Positions 24,118 through 35,735 of a stretch of 44,587 nt of DNA are shown here, piece after piece (the stretch's first letter is position 1; the number at the start of each line of letters is the position of its first letter). The notes beneath the pieces are model-generated. The model was given only the letters and a program-made list of their open reading frames with translations. It had not been told where the DNA came from and searched no databases. Source of the DNA: Nemertoderma westbladi (Eukaryota; Animalia; Xenacoelomorpha). The stretch is from NCBI GenBank assembly GCA_032718475.1, contig JAUCBJ010008855.1, positions 1 to 44,587 of the forward strand, in the 5' to 3' direction. Made by a program: the position numbers and the translations under genes.

Positions 24118-26343
24118 CTCCTCCCCATACTTCCCTCATTCCCCCATACTCAACCCGTTTTTTTTGTCACTCTCCACACTCCTATCGGGTCCCACGCATA
24201 TGTGCACCATGTCAGTGAGATCCGTCTAATGTCTCGTCCTCCTGCTCTAGTCAATTGGTCCCCAGTCCCAGTAGCTAGTTGGAAAAGGTTATATTTGAGT
24301 ATAGTACATATATTGATTATATTGGATATTAATTAATTAATTTTACGTACGTATATACTAATTGCACTGAATTAATTGCACTTAGGAGTTTGTACTGTTG
24401 CGTTCCTGTAGTGCCTTCCAGGCACACTTGTACCCCTGTTCCTGAGTTCTAGTTCGCTCCTCCCATCTTCGGGAACCATCTGAGTTCCTTGCCCCTATCG
24501 TCATCTTGCCTGGGCTGTTTCCTTCCTTCCTGTTTATCCTTGAGGCTACTCATCCTCGCCGATACCGTCTTACCAAGCCCCGTTGTTGTTTCTTTGGGTG
24601 CAGGTGTTATCAACTCCTGGTATCGCTTCACAGGTGGTCCCACTGAGTGTCCCCCCTGTCTCCCTCTGGTAGCGTCCCACAAGATCATCGCGCACGGCAC
24701 GTGTTCCCCCAGAAAGTCCCTGAATTCGATCCTATTTCCTGGTGAACATCTGTCTAGGTATCTTTGGGTGTTGATGACCCCTCCGTACGATGCTGCTGTC
24801 GCTACCTTCTGATACGTGAATGGTAGTTTCCTTTTGGTGATCTGCTGGTGGGCTTCACCTCCCCATACTTCCCTCATTCCCCCATACTCAACCCATTTTT
24901 TTGTCACTCTCCACACTCCTATCGGGTCCCACGCATATGTGCACCATGTCAGTGAGATCCATCTAATGTCTCGTCCTCCTGCTCTAGTCAATTGGTCCCT
25001 AGTCCCAGTAGCTAGTTGGAAAAGGTTATATTTGAGTATAGTACATATATTGATTATATTGGATATTAATTAATTAATTTTACGTACGTACATACTAATT
25101 GCACTGAATTAATTGCACTTAGGAGTTTGTACTGTTGTGTTCCTGTAGTGCCTTCCAGGCACACTTGTACCCCTGTTCCTGAGTTCTAGTTCGCTCCTCC
25201 TGTCTTCGGGAACCATCTGAGTTCCTTGCCCCTATCGTCATCTTGCCTGGGCCGTTTCCTTCTTTCCTGTTTATCCTTGAGGCTACTCATCATCGCCGAT
25301 ACCGTCTTACCAAGCCCCGTTGTTGTTTCTTTGGGTGCAGATGTTTCCAACTCCCAGTATCGCTTCACAGGTGGTCCCACTGAGTGCCCCCCCCCCCCCC
25401 CCCCTGTCTCCCTCTGGTAGCGTCCCACAAGATCATCACGCGCGGCACGTGTTCCCCCAGAAAGTCCCTGAATTCGATCCTATTTCCTGGTGAACATCTG
25501 TCTAGGTATCTTTGGGTGTTGATGACCCCTCTGTACGATGCCGCTGTCGCTACCTTCTGATACGTGAATGGTAGTCTCCTCTTGATGATCTGCTGGTGGG
25601 CTTCCCCTCCCCATACTTCCCTCATTCCCCCATACTCAACCCATTTTTTTTGTCACTCTCCACACTCCTATTGGGTCCCACGCATATGTGCACCATGTCA
25701 GTGAGATCCGTCTAATGTCTCGTCCTCCTGCTCTAGTCAATTGGTCCCCAGTCCCAGTAGCTAGTTGGAAAAGGTTATATTTGAGTATAGTACATATATT
25801 GATTATATTGGATATTAATTAATTAATTTTACGTACGTACATACTAATTGCACTGAATTAATTGCACTTAGGAGTATGTACTGTTGTGTTCCTGTAGTGC
25901 CTTCCAGGCACACTTGTACCCCTGTTCCTGAGTTCTAGTTCGCTCCTCCCGTCTTCGGGAACCATCTGAGTTCCTTGCCCCTATCGTCATCTTGCCTGGG
26001 CCGTTTCCTTCCTTCCTGTTTATCCTTGAGGCTACTCATCATCGCCGATACCGTCTTACCAAGCCCCGTTGTTGTTTCTTTGGGTGCAGATGTTTCCAAC
26101 TCCCATTATCGCTTCACAGGTGGTCCCACTGAGTGCCCCCCCTGTCTCCCTCTGGTAGCGTCCCACAAGATCATCGCGCGTGGCATGTGTTCCCCCAGAA
26201 AGTCCCTGAATTCGATCCTATTTCCTGGTGACCATCTGTCTAGGTATCTTTGGGTGTTGATGACCCCTCCGTACGATGCAGCTGTCGCTACCTCCTGATA
26301 CGTGAATGGTAGTCTCCTTTTGGTGATCTGCTGGTGGGCTTCC
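24118..26343. repeat. Tandem triplication of a ~740-bp unit
   Basis: CTCCCCATACTTCCCTCATT at 24121, 24859 and 25607. Copies differ by scattered substitutions and a poly-C expansion in the middle copy. Confidence 0.97.
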
Positions 26344-27643
26344 ATGTTAATGTTAAAGAAGCCCCACCGGAACTCCTGGGCCTTCATCCTTTGTCGTGTC
26401 ATGACTCCGACGTAGGCCCACTCCTCGAAAATCCAGAACTTCACCTCATCGTCCATCCAGTCGCACTGGCGCTCAAAGTTCCCCGTAAACTTGCACTTCG
26501 AACATCTGTTGTGCAACTTCGGACACGCACCCATCCTATGAGTAGACTCACAGCAGTAGAGACACACCATCCCCTTCTGGAAACGGTATAGACAGTTCTT
26601 TTGCTGATGGGTTAATCTCCCACAGTAATCGCAACCGTGTACCATTGTGTCCCGCCCCAAGTCGTCCTTGGCTCCGCGTGGCCTCCTGGGTCTATGGAGC
26701 CGCTGGTAGGCAAACATCTGGACGCTGTCCTCCCTACCCATGTCGATGTCCTCCTCCACCCTCGGCATTGTTTCTCCAAACACTACCCATAGTGCCGTCC
26801 CCGTTTGCTCGCCCAACCTGATCGTACTCGCTGCAAAGTCCATTGCCGGCTCCCCATGCTCCCAGGTCCATTTACCGGGTTTGTCCCAGAAGGCTCTCGC
26901 CCCGCTGGCCATCACCACCCTCCCGTCCACCCAGTCCGTATCTGAGTGGCCGATCCTCGCTCGTGTTCTCCACGAATCCCAATCCCTCTGGTCTCGTCAT
27001 AGCCATATAGACTACCTGCATGTCCAGGAGATTGGAGGTGTCCGGTCCAATAATCCTATCCGCGTCATTGCGTATCGCCGATCCCATCTTGATCGTAGTT
27101 TTCTGTCTCACTAGCTCCTGCACCGCCCTCGGCAACCAGTTTAACTTCGGCCCGCTTTCCTTTCTGTAGGTCCCCAGGTCGAATAGAAAAATATCTATAG
27201 CATATATAGCAATATAGTTCCGGCCGATCCTCCCAACCCCATTCTCGAGCCCTCGTCATCCTCCATAGTCCCTTCATCGTCTAGGACCATGTATCCGCCT
27301 TTCTCCACGGAATCTACAATTCTCCTCCACTCCTTCCTCTGTGGTTCCCTCGGATACTTTGGTATCCCAAACTTCGCCTTGTCTCCCTTTACAACGTAGC
27401 GAAGATGCTCGTGGATTGTGTTGTCCAATGACGGCATCCTGTAGGTCCGACCAGTCATCGCTCGTGCATCTCCCTAAACTGATCCTGTAGCGCGTGCGCT
27501 TTGTGACCCTTCGGGAGTAGTTTGTAGTATCCCTTCGTCTTGTTCTCCACATGCCTTTGCGTGAAGTCCACTAGTAACTCCTTTCCAGTCTTCTCCGATT
27601 TTCTCTTCTTCACTAATCTCTCCACCATCACAAATCTGCGCAC
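25935..27643 (-). pseudogene. Frameshifted accessory gene: putative DEDD 3'-5' exonuclease-like domain followed by three CCHC zinc knuckles
   Basis: Overlapping ORF pieces give YMVLDDEG (ExoI-like DxE), LPRAVQELVRQKTTIKMGSAIRNDAD..NLLDMQ (ExoII-like), then CDYCGRLTHQQKNC, CLYCCESTHRMGAC and CSKCKFTGNFERQC. The knuckles are clear; the exonuclease call is inference. Confidence 0.6.
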
Positions 27644-28124
27644 TCTTATCCAACTGGTGGGGCCTTACAAAGGCTCAGTTTAAGTAAGAGGGTTGTTGAA
27701 CAGAATGTTACTGGTTCCGATCAGTGATGGCCTACATCCTATATTATGTTTTTCGGTATATTTTACACAAATATTCGCCCTAAGTGCCAATTTTCCCCTA
27801 CTAAATTCACAATTTTGTCCATTGCTTTTATTAATGATTCTAGAATTTTCTCCCCCCAGTTGCCATAATTTGTTAATTTTCTAATTTTACTACTATTTAT
27901 ATCCCCCCCCCCCCCCCCTTATGTGTGCTATTATTAACTGCCATCGGATTACTTACTTAAGTAACCCCTCTACTTATATACAGAGAAGACTAGCTACAGT
28001 TTTCTTATTACCGTACGAGCTTCCTACCAGACAGCTTCCTGGCTCTGTAACAATACCCTAAGTCTGTACTACGGGCTGTGTGCTACAGTAGTCTATTTCG
28101 TGCAGCCTACACGGTCTATCCTAC

Positions 28125-28425
28125 TGTGCCCACATACCCCCCAATTCCTAACGTGGCGCCCTCAGTGCCCACAAGTTTTACGGTACCATGTACACTTCAA
28201 CTATGGTATGTGTACATACCCCCCAATTCCTCACGTGGCGCCCTCAGTGCCCACAAGTTTTACGGTACTGTGTACCCTTCTGCTACGGTATGCGTATATA
28301 ACCCCAATTCCTCACGTGGCGCCCTCAGTGCCCACAAGTTTTACGGTACTGTTTACCCTTCTGCTACAGTATGGGTACATACCCCCCAATTCCTCACGTG
28401 GTGCCCTCAGTGACCACAAGTTTAC
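28125..28425. repeat. ~82-bp tandem repeat, about 3.7 copies
   Basis: CCAATTCCT(C/A)ACGTGG at 28141, 28223, 28304 and 28386. Confidence 0.95.
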
Positions 28426-29017
28426 GTATGTAAATTAGGTACGTTGGTACATTATTGTACCTGTCCGACGTACGTAATTGTAACTACCTACATTTGTACA
28501 TTATGTACGTTGGTACGTCTGTACCCATCAGACGTACATAATATCTACTATCTACCTACAGCGTACCTTGGTACTAACTACTTATTTTATTATTTTGTTT
28601 ATTTTATTTTTATGTGTGTGGGAAGGGCATCTCACCCTCATTCCCACCCTCATCAGTCCAACTTATTGGACGACTCAACAACCTAAGGGCGATTCTTCCA
28701 ACAAGCAACTCTCCCACTGCCCCCCTGTAGGTTCTCTTATTCTTCGCCCCACTCTCCTTGTCAATTCCAATTCTCTGTCACCTCACTGATCTCCTCATGG
28801 TCCCCTGACAGCAAAATGCCACCCTTCATCTTGTCGTCACTTGGCGGTAAAATGCCGCCCTTCATGTCATCCTCACTGGTACATGCCATCTCTGCTGGCC
28901 TCCCCCTCAATATGTGCGCCGGCGTTAAAGCCCCCGATGACCATTGGTCATCCTTCGGTACGCATAATGGCTTACCATTTAATGCCTCCCTTTCCACCAT
29001 GTTTTCTTATTCGACCT

Positions 29018-31467
29018 ATTCGATTCGACCTTATTCGATCTCTGGAAATGGATTGTTTTCGGCTGGAACCCAGTTCAAGAAGCGAACTGGAAAGCTATGG
29101 ACTCATAGTGGACCCAGTGGTCACAAGTCCCAGATAGACCATATTCTGTTTCGTAGGAAATACAGGAGCTCTATACAAGACTGTAATGCATTTACACTTC
29201 GACCCTTCTCCAGTGATCACCACCTTATTGTGGCCAAGGTAAGACTTAGTCTGCGTGCTAGCAGAACAACGAAATCTGCCTTGCCATGGCATGACTGGTC
29301 CTCTCTGTTGCAACAGCCAAGTGTGAGATCCAGCTTCACACTACAGCTGAGCAACAGGTATGAGGCTCTTGCCTCTGAGGCGGCAGATCACTGTGAGGGC
29401 TATACTGCCTTTACAGAAGCAGTTAAGTTAGCAGCTGCAGAAACAGTTCCTGTATACCCTCGAAACAGGAAAAGGGCCCCCTGGACTGACAACAAAATTC
29501 AGAAGTGCCGAAATGACCTTCATAAGGTGCAAAAAGAGTCCCGACTCAAACAGACTACAGCGGCCAAGAATGCAGTTAAAGCTGCATCTAGGTCCCTGAA
29601 CAGGCAGTACTCTGTTAATCTACAGGAGCTAATAAACCAACAGGTTGATGCCATCAATGATGCTGACGACAGCAGGCAATCATCCCAGGCATGGAAATCG
29701 ATCAATCTGCTTACTGGGCGGAAAAGCCAACCAACCACCAAGGTTAAGGCTGAATCACCAGCCGATCGCCTCAATGGTTGGAAAGCCCACTTTGAAAAGC
29801 TCCTCAATAATGACAGGGTATTGCCTGATAACTTTATAGAAGTAAAAGTGTCTGAGTCTGTACTCCCAGATATTCCCATTGGCGATATCTCCTTTGCAGA
29901 AGTGAAGGCTGCTGCAAAGAGCATTAAGACCAATCGTGCCAGTGGAGTAGATGGTGTTCCCCCTGAGGTCTTTAAAATACCTGAGTGTTTAAAGCTCATC
30001 TATCCCATCATAGTAGACATGTACCGTACAACAAGAGTCCCACAATAAATGAAAACAAATAAGTTGGTGCCAGTTCCCAAGAAGGGCAACCTAACACTCT
30101 ATGGTTCTTTTCGGGGAATCTCATTGATCTCGATTGCTGCAAAACTATACAATAGAATTCTATTAAATCGCATCAGGGATCCCATTGAGAGACTGCTACG
30201 TGGAAATCAGAATGGGTTCCGTAAAGGTCGTGGGACCATGGAGCCCATTTTGGCACTTAGAAGGATAATTGAAGAGTTATCAAAAAAGAAAGACAGGCAT
30301 CTGGCTGTTATCTTTGTTGACTTCTTCAAGGCCTTTGATTCAGTCTCTCGATCACATATGTTCAGCATACTTTCATTATATGGGATTCCTGATGAAATTA
30401 TTGCAGCAATCAGATCAGTATATGATGGTTCGACAACATTTGTGTCTACTGTTGACGGTGACACAGAACCATTTGAAGTGTTATGGGGCGTCCTCCAAGG
30501 AGACACACTTGCACCATTCTTGTTCATTATTGTGGTTGACTATGTTCTACGCATGTCCTTAGATCATCATAGTGATGATGGGGTGATGATAACTCCACCT
30601 ACTGGCTCCAGAAGTCGAGGAAATCCTGCCAAGTACCTAACTGATCTAGACTTTGCTGATGACTTAGGAGTACTCTCAGAATCATTAGAGGGAGCCCAGC
30701 GGCTCCTCAGCTCATTAGAACATGCTGCTTCTAGTGTTGGTCTTTTTATTAACTCCAGAAAGACCAAAATTCTGACAGTTAACTTTGAAAGTCCTCAGCA
30801 AGTCTCTGATCGGATGAGCATAAGCTCAAAGGATGGTATGCTTGAGCATGTGGACGACTTCTGTTACCAGGGATCATGGATCCGGAAGTCAGGTGAGGAC
30901 CTCCGAATACGTAAGGGAAAGGCATGGGCAGCCTTGAATAGGCTTTCCAGGATTTGGAAGTCACCTAGAATTAATCAGAAACTTAAGGTCCGATTATTTA
31001 GAGCAGCAGTAGTTCCAGTACTACTCTACGGGAGTCCATGCTGGGCTCTAACTGCTGAGGACACCAAATCTCTGGATGGCACATTCACAAGAATGCTACG
31101 CCGGGTACATTGTGTCAAGTACAATGCACACATCTCCAACCAGACACTATATAACATTGGAGGTGTCTCATTGGTTCCCCCAAGCTTGACACTAGAACAA
31201 AATCGCCTCCGCTTTGCAGGACATTGCTTTCGCCGTGAGGACCAGCCAGTGCATAATCTTGTACTTTGGCAGCCTCATGGAGTGAATAAGCATGGTGGAC
31301 AGCCCATGACTTTCTTGAGATGCATCTTAAAGGACACTGGCCTTAAAGATGCGGATGATCTAGCAAATGTCATGGGTGATAGGGAGTTGTGGCGGTGCAA
31401 TTTTGTTGACAAGCCGGCACAGCATTCTTAAAAATGCAGCTGCAATGCAGCATGCCGATCCTAGTAG
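29018..31467 (+). mobile_element. 5'-truncated RTE-clade LINE with 13-bp TSD
   Basis: TSD TCTTATTCGACCT at 29005-29017 and 31468-31480. Tail CCTAGTAG. Coding region from about 29043 to 31431. Confidence 0.93.
29043..31431 (+). pseudogene. RTE ORF: C-terminus of the AP endonuclease plus reverse transcriptase, with one in-frame stop at 30046-30048
   Basis: SQIDHIL and SDHHLI (APE). FRGISL, QNGFRKGR, FVDFFKAFDSV, GVLQGDTLAP, LDFADD, VLLYGS..W and RLRFAGH (RTE-type RT and C-terminus). Confidence 0.93.
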
Positions 31468-32071
31468 TCTTATTCGACCTCCTCCTTATCGGTATGCTTC
31501 TTAATTGGACCAGCATCTCTTCCAGACATCTCTCCCGACATATTGCCGTCCACTCTTCTCCATCCTCATACCGATACTCGCGAGGAACATCTATGTTCCA
31601 TCCCATCGCCTCTAGGTCCTGTGCGTCGAACCCATTCTCACCCACCCACTCCCTTGCTATCCTGTCTCCTCTACCAATGGTACTTCTCTGGATTCGTCCT
31701 CCACCCTTTCCATTATACGTGGATCCAGATCCATACCCAAACCCGACTTCTGCTCGGGCCGCTTCCCATATGGGACCTCCCCATCATCAGTCTCTAACTT
31801 CTCCTCGGGCCGCTTCCCATATGGGACCTCCCCATCGCCGTCTTTGGTTTCTGCTCTATGTGCTCAACGGTACCGGACAGCATGCATCCAGATGTTTCGG
31901 AAACGGTGCCCTCGTCTTAATTGGGCCAGTGAGCATCCACCCAAATGGCGTGAGAATGGCCATCGGGTCTCGCTCTCTGTCATCGCCGAAAATAGTTTGT
32001 AGTCTCTCATGGGCCATCGGACAGTCCATGTTGACTATGAGAGACACTTTCGGGACATCCAGCTCAGGCAT

Positions 32072-32523
32072 TGTTACAGCCGGTCTCGTTTACCTTAACT
32101 TATTGTGCTATATCTTATTGTGCTATATGTTATTCCACCTACCGGGCATTTCACAAACTGAATATATTATTAGCCAATAGAAATTAGCCACCTTTATGTT
32201 TGGTATATATACCTATCTGTGTGTGTCATTATGTACTTCTGTTGTATAAACTCATTCTGCATTCTGTTCTTTGTTAGTTATAGTTCATTAGGCCTAGGTC
32301 TAGGTATTCATGTCTTCATCGTATGTAATGTAATATTATTGTTTAGACCTACCTGCATCTGGAGACACATATGTAACTCGTAACACTGTAACAAGTAACC
32401 ATTAAATGTAACATAAGTAACTTCATTATTATACTTTCCGATTTTCTCAACTATATTGCGGCGAATGTATGACAGGCCGACTTTTCTTGCTCACCCAGCT
32501 CTAAACGCAGTTCCGTCATTTCA
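32072..32523 (+). repeat. 5' LTR of element B (452 bp)
   Basis: TGTTA...TTTCA termini. The first 138 bp are repeated at 39566-39703. Followed directly by the PBS. Confidence 0.93.
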
Positions 32524-32541
32524 TGGTGCGGTGACCCGGGA
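32524..32541 (+). promoter_or_regulatory. Primer-binding site, tRNA-His-like
   Basis: TGGTGCGGTGACCCGG immediately after the LTR, one mismatch from the complement of a tRNA-His 3' end (TGGTGCCGTGAC). Confidence 0.8.
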
Positions 32542-32700
32542 ACGGTAAGTTCTAGTTTAATACGTCTTTGTCTGCTATCCCGGTACCGGTATCAAGTCAG
32601 CATCAACAGCTACCGTTAGACCGTAATCTCAGTCCAGTAGCTATCGACTACCTCTGCCTACATTAAACCTAACCTATCCTGATTTACTGTTGTTATTTGC

Positions 32701-35700
32701 GTGATGACTACCCCTGTGACTGGTGCCGTTGGCGTGGATACTGCCAACGCCCTGGTCTTCGATGACACCGGTAGTGTCTCGGGTGGTGGTCATGGTTCTA
32801 CAGCATCGTATAGGTCCTTGGGTACCGGTACGGGAGGTGCGGGTGGTGCGCTACCCGAAGCAGACAATACGATAATCGAGACGCGTGGCGTTATTGGAGC
32901 CGGTGGAATTTCTTCTGGTGGCATTGTGGAGGGTCCGGGTTTAGTTGAGGATGACGAAGACGACGAGGAACCCCAACTAGTTGATCCCATTGTCGCTAAA
33001 AGAAATCGAGCAGCTCGGAAATGCGCTTTTACTAAGTTGTTCAACCGAATTACCGAACTTGTACATAGTAAAGGAAGCCGGTCCGCGCTTAGGTCACTCC
33101 TATACGAGTTGGAAGAACGGGCTGTCGAATGTTTCGCAGCCCACAAATCTTACGTCAACTGCATTGCAGATGATGTAGACGCCGACATCGCAGCTGACCG
33201 ATGGTTATCATCTCTGAAAGATGCACACCAGCGGTGCGTGGAGTCTGTAGAATTCTATTTAAATTCTCGTCATGGAGAACCTTCCTCTGTGGCTACCAGT
33301 CGAGTTCCTTCTCGTTTATCGAAACCTGCTAACAGTAATGCTTCTAAGTTGTCATTGGTGGCTCAACAGGAGGACCTGCTACAGGAACGTGAACTACAAT
33401 TAGCTCAGTTTCGGCGCGATAGAGATCTACGAGCAAAGAAACGGGAACAGCAAAGACAGAATGAAGAACTTAAAGAGTCTCTACAACTCCGTTCATTGTA
33501 TAACAGTGTGGAACGTTCTCGCCTTTCTGTCAACCTGGAACAGAAAAGAGCTGTCCAGGAGGGACAGATGGATCTCGAGCAGAGACTTTTAGATTTCGAT
33601 TGTGGCGTTCCTACATTGGCTGGTGGCGTTCAAATACCAGCCAGTGGCGTTCCTACATTGGCTGGTGGCGTTCAAATACCAGCCAGTGGTGTTCCTACAT
33701 TGGCTGGTGGCGTTCAAATACCAGCCAGTGGCGTTCATATATCAGCTGGTAGCATTCCTATATCAGCTGGTGCCGTTCTAACACCAGCTGGTGGCGTTCC
33801 TATACCAACTGGTGGCGTACCTATACCAACTGATGGCGTACCTATGTCAGCTGGTGGCGCTCATATACCAGTTAGTGGCGTTCCTATACCGGTTGGCGGT
33901 GTTCCTATACCAGCTGATGGCGTTCCTATTCTCGCTGGTAGCGTTCCTCACCCAGTTGGTGGCGTTGCTACTAGCAGTGTCTCTACACCAGCTATAGGAG
34001 AATCCGTTCCGTTTTCTAAGCAACGTCTGTTTGTTCCTAGCTCGACGGATCCTATGTCCATTCTCAGTCAGCCTTTTCCAGATTTACATGTGTGCAATAA
34101 CAATGTTAACAATCCATATACCCCTGTTAATAATTATTTTTCTGGTGCTAATAATTCTCATTATAATAGTCCTTATGATAATCATGTGTATAATAGTGAA
34201 TGTGTCTCCAGTCAGGATCTACAGAGTCGTATAGGTTGTTTACCAGTAAATACTAATTGTGCAATTAATTATTCTCGCCCATCCTGTTATGGTACACATT
34301 CTGTTATTAAGCCCACCACTTGGGCTACAAGTTGTCCCGTATTTGTACCAAACTGTCACACTACGTGTACCATTGTTAATGCGTCAACACCTCAGTGTAA
34401 TTCTATTGGAGGGTTGGCCATGGGTGTGTGTGATAGACCCCCTGGGCCTAATGTTAGTGCGTGTAGGGTTGCATCCCAGGTAGGTGGGTTATTTAACGGG
34501 CCGGCTGTAGATGTACCAGTCTATACTGGTACATCCGAAATTTATAATTCTAACTCACGAAATCCTCAATCCTCTGCAGATGTTTGGATTGACGATTTAA
34601 ATAACAGAGGAGTTAACAATTCTTTTAATAATAATTGTTTTAATAACTTTCCATACCAAGGACCCATAGGTTTCCAACATTTAGCCAACTTAAAAATTGA
34701 ACCATTTGATGGTTCTCCCTTGAAGTGGCATGCTTTTATTGCCTCTTTTCATGCCCTCGTTCACACTCAGGTTTCATCTGATTCTATTCGTTTAGCAATT
34801 CTTAGAAATCATTTGACACCTGATATCAGAGAGAGTGTAGCTTCTACTATTAACGACCCTGATTTATATCGGGAAACATTACAAGAATTACGCCGTATTT
34901 ATGGTGACTGTGACTTAATAGCTGTGGCATACATAGAGCAGCTACGAAAAATTCCGTTTGTTAAGGCTAATGATATGAATTCTTTAAAGTCATTTTCCTT
35001 AAAACTTCATGGTTCGGTATCAGCCCTGGAGAAATGTGGATACACTGCCGATATTACATCAGCTAATAATGTAAGGGATTTAGTTCAAAAACTTCCCAAT
35101 TATTTGCAAAATGAATGGGGCAAACGGGTTATTCTTATAAAACCTCGGCGCCCAACCTTAAAGGTGCTAGACAGTTGGATCACTGAGAGGCTGCAAAGTG
35201 CTCATGTGGTAGAAAGTACATTACGGGCCAGTAGTAATAGTTATGCTGGTAACCAAGGCTTGTCCAATAACAAATCATTTCAAAATAAACCGCAATTTAA
35301 CAGGCCTAAATCCAGTGCTCCAACTGTTTTTACACCTACTATTATGGCTACTGCCAGCAATAAAGTTAATTTTTCTGAAACACAGTCAAATAAGTATCAG
35401 AAATCGTCTAGTTCTGACTCGAGCCCACTTACTAAAGGTATGTCGGCTATTGCTTCTGTGGCTGAACACTGTCATTGCTGTGGCCAGTCCCCTTTTCTTG
35501 AAAATTGTAACAATTTTAAATCATTAAGCCTAGCTGACCGCATTGAGTTAGCCCGGGACATATCCATGTGTTTTGTATGTCTCAAAGCAAAGCACCGCGC
35601 TGCAAATTGTAAAATCGTAGACCCTTGTAATTTCGATGGTTGTAAAAAACGCCATCAGTTTTATTACATGGAGCACCTAAGGTTTTTGGTGCTAAATCTT

Positions 35701-35724
35701 CTTCCCAAAATAAACAACACATAG
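32701..35724 (+). CDS. gag: BEL/Pao Gag (DUF1759-type capsid region plus three Cys/His knuckles); frameshift near 35660
   Basis: IEPFDGSPLKWHAFIASF, LVQKLP..W, CHCC..C, CFVCLKAKHRAANC, CNFDGCKKRH. The expected LLH continues in another frame. Confidence 0.92.
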   Translation: MMTTPVTGAVGVDTANALVFDDTGSVSGGGHGSTASYRSLGTGTGGAGGALPEADNTIIETRGVIGAGGISSGGIVEGPGLVEDDEDDEEPQLVDPIVAKRNRAARKCAFTKLFNRITELVHSKGSRSALRSLLYELEERAVECFAAHKSYVNCIADDVDADIAADRWLSSLKDAHQRCVESVEFYLNSRHGEPSSVATSRVPSRLSKPANSNASKLSLVAQQEDLLQERELQLAQFRRDRDLRAKKREQQRQNEELKESLQLRSLYNSVERSRLSVNLEQKRAVQEGQMDLEQRLLDFDCGVPTLAGGVQIPASGVPTLAGGVQIPASGVPTLAGGVQIPASGVHISAGSIPISAGAVLTPAGGVPIPTGGVPIPTDGVPMSAGGAHIPVSGVPIPVGGVPIPADGVPILAGSVPHPVGGVATSSVSTPAIGESVPFSKQRLFVPSSTDPMSILSQPFPDLHVCNNNVNNPYTPVNNYFSGANNSHYNSPYDNHVYNSECVSSQDLQSRIGCLPVNTNCAINYSRPSCYGTHSVIKPTTWATSCPVFVPNCHTTCTIVNASTPQCNSIGGLAMGVCDRPPGPNVSACRVASQVGGLFNGPAVDVPVYTGTSEIYNSNSRNPQSSADVWIDDLNNRGVNNSFNNNCFNNFPYQGPIGFQHLANLKIEPFDGSPLKWHAFIASFHALVHTQVSSDSIRLAILRNHLTPDIRESVASTINDPDLYRETLQELRRIYGDCDLIAVAYIEQLRKIPFVKANDMNSLKSFSLKLHGSVSALEKCGYTADITSANNVRDLVQKLPNYLQNEWGKRVILIKPRRPTLKVLDSWITERLQSAHVVESTLRASSNSYAGNQGLSNNKSFQNKPQFNRPKSSAPTVFTPTIMATASNKVNFSETQSNKYQKSSSSDSSPLTKGMSAIASVAEHCHCCGQSPFLENCNNFKSLSLADRIELARDISMCFVCLKAKHRAANCKIVDPCNFDGCKKRHQFYYMEHLRFLVLNLLPKINNT
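33602..33965 (+). repeat. In-frame 21/42-bp coding minisatellite in gag
   Basis: GVPTLAGGVQIPAS three times, then degenerate 7-aa P-x-G-G-V units. Confidence 0.93.
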
Positions 35725-35735
35725 GAACTACCTCA

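Larger units (their letters stand above)
23371..32071 (-). mobile_element. Internally deleted, non-autonomous BEL/Pao LTR element A with an accessory ORF; interrupted by RTE (29018-31467) and cut at 32071 by element B
   Basis: Protease-region remnant PELDVPKVSLIV..DPMAILTPFGWMLTGP (31856-32071). Integrase-tail remnant ALNGKPL..ALTPAHILRGRP (28880-29000). PPT and LTR at 23371-23811. Consistent purine bias on the minus strand. Confidence 0.68.

Noticed and set aside
24118-26343. Penelope-like pseudo-LTRs or retrozyme with a hammerhead ribozyme
   Set aside because: I found no CTGATGA...GAAA core in the unit on either strand by eye, and no GIY-YIG or PLE RT nearby.
28816-29042. N-terminal 75 aa of the 410-aa ORF as part of the RTE protein
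   Set aside because: It lies mostly outside the TSD and is the antisense of element A read through by chance.
31434-32180. 248-aa plus-strand ORF
   Set aside because: It spans the RTE tail, the antisense of element A and the LTR of element B, so it is a chimeric shadow ORF.
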